A stretch of DNA of 36,226 nucleotides from the NCBI GenBank assembly GCA_035260725.1, contig DATFUR010000010.1:1-36226 (forward strand), in the 5' to 3' direction. A program made the position numbers and the translations under genes. The notes below the pieces were generated by a model that saw only the letters and a list, made by a program, of their open reading frames with translations, had not been told where the DNA came from and made no database searches. This DNA comes from Patescibacteria group bacterium. Its GTDB lineage: Bacteria > Patescibacteriota > Microgenomatia > Levybacterales > UBA12049. The stretch's first letter is position 1. Each line of letters begins with the position of its first letter. Below are positions 34,119-36,226 of the stretch, one piece after another.

Positions 34119-35066
34119 TTAATAACTAAAAGAAAAAGGAGTATTTTCGAGAGGTATTTTGTCGGTTACCCGGCCCTGTGCATCGGCTATAACAACGACC
34201 TTTACAACATTTGCCTGGTTGTCTTTATTATAGAATTTAGTTTGTCTGTCTGTTCTGTCCTGGGTTCCAATAGTAAGATAGAACATTTCTCTTGTTAGTT
34301 TGGGAGCTTGCACTTTGACACTTTCCGAAAAAATCGCTGTATCGAGTTCCCAAATATCGTAATTGGATTCGGCTTTTTCGGGAGTGCTTGGCCTTGAAAA
34401 AACCATTATAAAGCCCCCATCGGGTATGGCGTCTCTAAGTAGACCAACGATATGTTTTTGAGGATTTTTAGGATCGCTTGGCCGAACATAATGTTCTACG
34501 GCCATTGCCGGAACGTTATTAATAAACTGGCTTAAGCCAGCATATTTCTTAAATCTTCCGGACCCGTCCAGGAAAGCGGAAAATCTTGAATCCGGAGACA
34601 TTAATTTTCCATTATAGAATCTAAATGTAGGTTTTCCTTCTTTAGGAAAGATAATTGTTTGACCCGGGAAATTTCTCTCTACAAACCCCTGAAGAAAGGT
34701 TTGATTCTTAACTACATCCGTTTCATTAATTTTTGTCGGAGAAGCGGCATCATAAACGTTTGGCCATACTTGAACATTTTCATTTCCGGCAGTTGATCTT
34801 AAATTTGTCAGTCTTTGGGAATATTGTTGGTCTATATCAAGAGCAAAAAAAGAATCAGCAGACGGAGTTTTTCCATCAGAGCTTTGAGGTTTTTTTGCAG
34901 TGTGTTGTTGCTGGGTAAATATCTCTATAGCTATAAGTGATCCAGCACCAGCAATACCAACTGCTAGGGGTAAGACTGTCTGCAATAAAAAATCTCTTCT
35001 GTTTTCTAAATCTCTCACGGGCGGATTATACCACTTTTTACCTTTTTCTTCGAAAAAGAAGCTCAA
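34119..35066 (-). CDS. hypothetical membrane-anchored/exported protein (about 300-315 aa)
   Basis: NRRDFLLQTVLPLAVGIAGAGSLIAI is an N-terminal RR-x-F-L plus hydrophobic segment. I recognised no family. The track start is a TTG, and GTG 35018 is an alternative. Confidence 0.55.
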   Translation of the reverse strand: MSFFFEEKGKKWYNPPVRDLENRRDFLLQTVLPLAVGIAGAGSLIAIEIFTQQQHTAKKPQSSDGKTPSADSFFALDIDQQYSQRLTNLRSTAGNENVQVWPNVYDAASPTKINETDVVKNQTFLQGFVERNFPGQTIIFPKEGKPTFRFYNGKLMSPDSRFSAFLDGSGRFKKYAGLSQFINNVPAMAVEHYVRPSDPKNPQKHIVGLLRDAIPDGGFIMVFSRPSTPEKAESNYDIWELDTAIFSESVKVQAPKLTREMFYLTIGTQDRTDRQTKFYNKDNQANVVKVVVIADAQGRVTDKIPLENTPFSFSY

Positions 35067-35373
35067 ACGTTACAAAAAGAGCCAAAATAAGAATAGCAAA
35101 AAACGGATGAGTGAGCTTGTTAAATCTTAAAATTAAATAAAGAGTTGCAAATATACTTATAAAAAATCCTCGGCGCTGATTGTTAAAAAGAAAAGTAAAA
35201 AATTCATAAATCGCAATAAAAAACAGGACAAAAAAAGCAGGAAGCGGGGGAAGCGAAAAGTTGAAAACGGAAAAATTTTTATCGGGGGAAAAATTTAAGA
35301 CAAAATAGATCAATATTCCAAAAAATGCCAGACTTACAGCCAAACCTAAAAAATTTCTTCTATTTCTTCTCAT
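35038..35373 (-). CDS. hypothetical 4-TM membrane protein (111 aa)
   Basis: It starts MRRNRRNFLGLAVSLAFFGILIYF... and has an ATGA overlap with the upstream gene at 35370-35373. Confidence 0.55.
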   Translation of the reverse strand: MRRNRRNFLGLAVSLAFFGILIYFVLNFSPDKNFSVFNFSLPPLPAFFVLFFIAIYEFFTFLFNNQRRGFFISIFATLYLILRFNKLTHPFFAILILALFVTFELLFRRKR

Positions 35374-36008
35374 TTTCTTTGTTCCGGTACCATAAGAATT
35401 TTTGCTCTAATTTGTTGTAATTTAAGAGGGTCATCGGGAAGATTTATTGATAAATTACCGATATATGGAAGTGGCGCTAGAGGTCCTGTGTCTAAAGGAT
35501 AAAAACTATTAAAGTGAATTGCCAGAGCATCTCTTATAAAATCCTCGGACGGGTTTGACTCGAAGGATAGATTGTTGGGAAAAAAAAGTTGGAGTCGAAG
35601 TCTTCTTACAAGGTCTAGATGTTCAGCGTTTAAAGAATAATCTTCACTTCTAATTGTAAGCCAAAGAGGGGAACTTTCAATAGCTCCACTTTCCTGGATA
35701 GTTTTTTTTTCTCTCTCTTGTGAGTTAAAATCTTGCTCGTCAATTATGTATCCTGATTCGGGATCAAAAGGAGTTATGGGTGTAGTGGAGTCTTCCTCTG
35801 AGCTGTCTGTCTTATCATAATTAAAAGCATCTGGAGTTAGTTCTATTTCTGGAAGAAATTCCGTTCTGAGGAGAAATTTAGACTTATATCCAGCATCTCT
35901 AAAGGGAGAATTATACTTTTTAAACAGAGAATCAAATAATCCAAACTCTTTCCCTAGTAAAACTATGTTGGGATTACCTTCCGAATGTTCTGGTGGGCGT
36001 GTATCCAT
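35370..36008 (-). CDS. hypothetical acidic cytoplasmic protein (about 212 aa)
   Basis: A TATAAT box (36020->36015) lies 6 nt upstream of ATG 36008 (MDTRPPEHSEG...). This favours the shorter start over 36041. Confidence 0.55.
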   Translation of the reverse strand: MDTRPPEHSEGNPNIVLLGKEFGLFDSLFKKYNSPFRDAGYKSKFLLRTEFLPEIELTPDAFNYDKTDSSEEDSTTPITPFDPESGYIIDEQDFNSQEREKKTIQESGAIESSPLWLTIRSEDYSLNAEHLDLVRRLRLQLFFPNNLSFESNPSEDFIRDALAIHFNSFYPLDTGPLAPLPYIGNLSINLPDDPLKLQQIRAKILMVPEQRK

Positions 36009-36014
36009 AATTGA

Positions 36015-36020
36015 ATTATA
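36015..36020 (-). promoter_or_regulatory. -10 box TATAAT, 6 nt upstream of ATG 36008
   Basis: The minus strand reads TATAAT-TCAATT-ATG. Confidence 0.4.
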
Positions 36021-36031
36021 CAACAAACCTC

Positions 36032-36060
36032 TTGACAACACTTGGCAGTCATGGTAGGAT
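36032..36060 (+). promoter_or_regulatory. hrcA promoter TTGACA-17 nt-TAGGAT
   Basis: TTGACA lies at 36032-36037 and TAGGAT at 36055-36060. The -10 box lies inside the spacer of the CIRCE-like element. Confidence 0.5.
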
Positions 36061-36069
36061 GAGTGCTAA
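36042..36069 (+). promoter_or_regulatory. CIRCE-like HrcA operator TTGGCAGTC-N10-GAGTGCTAA
   Basis: The right arm is a perfect canonical CIRCE half-site (9/9) and the left arm matches 7/9. I count a 10-nt spacer (36051-36060) rather than the canonical 9. Confidence 0.6.
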
Positions 36070-36070
36070 T

Positions 36071-36094
36071 CCCTTCGACAGGCTCAGGACAAGC
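36071..36094 (+). repeat. 24-nt GC-rich motif CCCTTCGACAGGCTCAGGACAAGC (copy B, in the hrcA leader)
   Basis: It is 22/24 identical to minus-strand 6988->6965. It contains the small hairpin AGGCT-CAGGACA-AGCCT (36080-36096). Confidence 0.5.
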
Positions 36095-36113
36095 CTCTTA
36101 GGCAGGATTTCGT

Positions 36114-36226
36114 ATGAATGAATTAACTCAAAGACAAATTGAGATTTTAAAGTCTCTCATCGAAGAATATATTGAAACAGCCGATCCGGTCGGTTCGGAA
36201 ACTTTGGAAAAAAAGCACAATCTTAC
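36114..36226 (+). CDS. hrcA: heat-inducible transcription repressor HrcA, N-terminal part (3' end outside the window)
   Basis: MNELTQRQIEILKSLIEEYIETADPVGSETLEKKHNL matches the HrcA N-terminal wHTH (RQ..IL..I...YI....PVGS.TL.KK). A CIRCE-like element lies upstream. Confidence 0.8.
   Translation, partial: MNELTQRQIEILKSLIEEYIETADPVGSETLEKKHNL

Noticed and set aside
35702-35710. Homopolymer T9 (A9 on the coding strand) inside orf212, considered as a slipped-strand phase-variation or frameshift site.
   Set aside because: Similar A/T runs occur inside conserved housekeeping genes here (T9 at 8628-8636 and T8 at 7842-7849, both in the helicase gene). They fit the AT-rich, Lys-rich coding style, and there is no evidence of a frame change.

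Overview
This is an AT-rich, very gene-dense bacterial chromosome segment. It uses the standard genetic code: TGA ends conserved genes at their expected lengths. Many adjacent genes share 4-nt ATGA stop/start overlaps, and several convergent gene pairs share or abut their stop codons. The content includes shortened housekeeping proteins (TpiA, UvrD/PcrA-type helicase, MetRS, LepA) and cell-wall genes (FemAB-family, LCP, MurJ, Ddl). It also has several GT-C/GT39-type membrane glycosyltransferases, PilN/PilO-like genes and LAxTG-sorted surface proteins, with almost no biosynthetic metabolism. This looks like a Candidate Phyla Radiation / Patescibacteria (Microgenomates-like) genome, but that placement is inference only. 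I recognised no rRNA, tRNA, CRISPR array, transposase or prophage genes. The points most worth a second look are these. (1) A translationally coupled PilN-like / PilO-like / small membrane protein / 446-aa LAPTG surface-protein module with its own promoter. (2) A six-gene envelope-glycan operon (TatD-family, processive GT2, GT-C, small membrane protein, WecA-like, DPPR-synthase-like UbiA) which, with the LCP and two further GT-C genes upstream, mirrors the enzyme classes of arabinogalactan-type wall-polymer assembly. (3) A small stress islet holding a NiSOD gene with its SodX protease, plus two unannotated KGG-repeat mini-proteins that carry perfect AGGAGGTGA Shine-Dalgarno sites. (4) A window-wide pattern of -10 boxes 6-8 nt upstream of ATG, suggesting leaderless first genes. 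(5) A variant CIRCE/HrcA regulon, with a GC-rich hairpin plus U-tract in the groES leader. (6) A 24-nt GC-rich motif present in the hrcA leader and, in frame, inside the FemAB-family gene.
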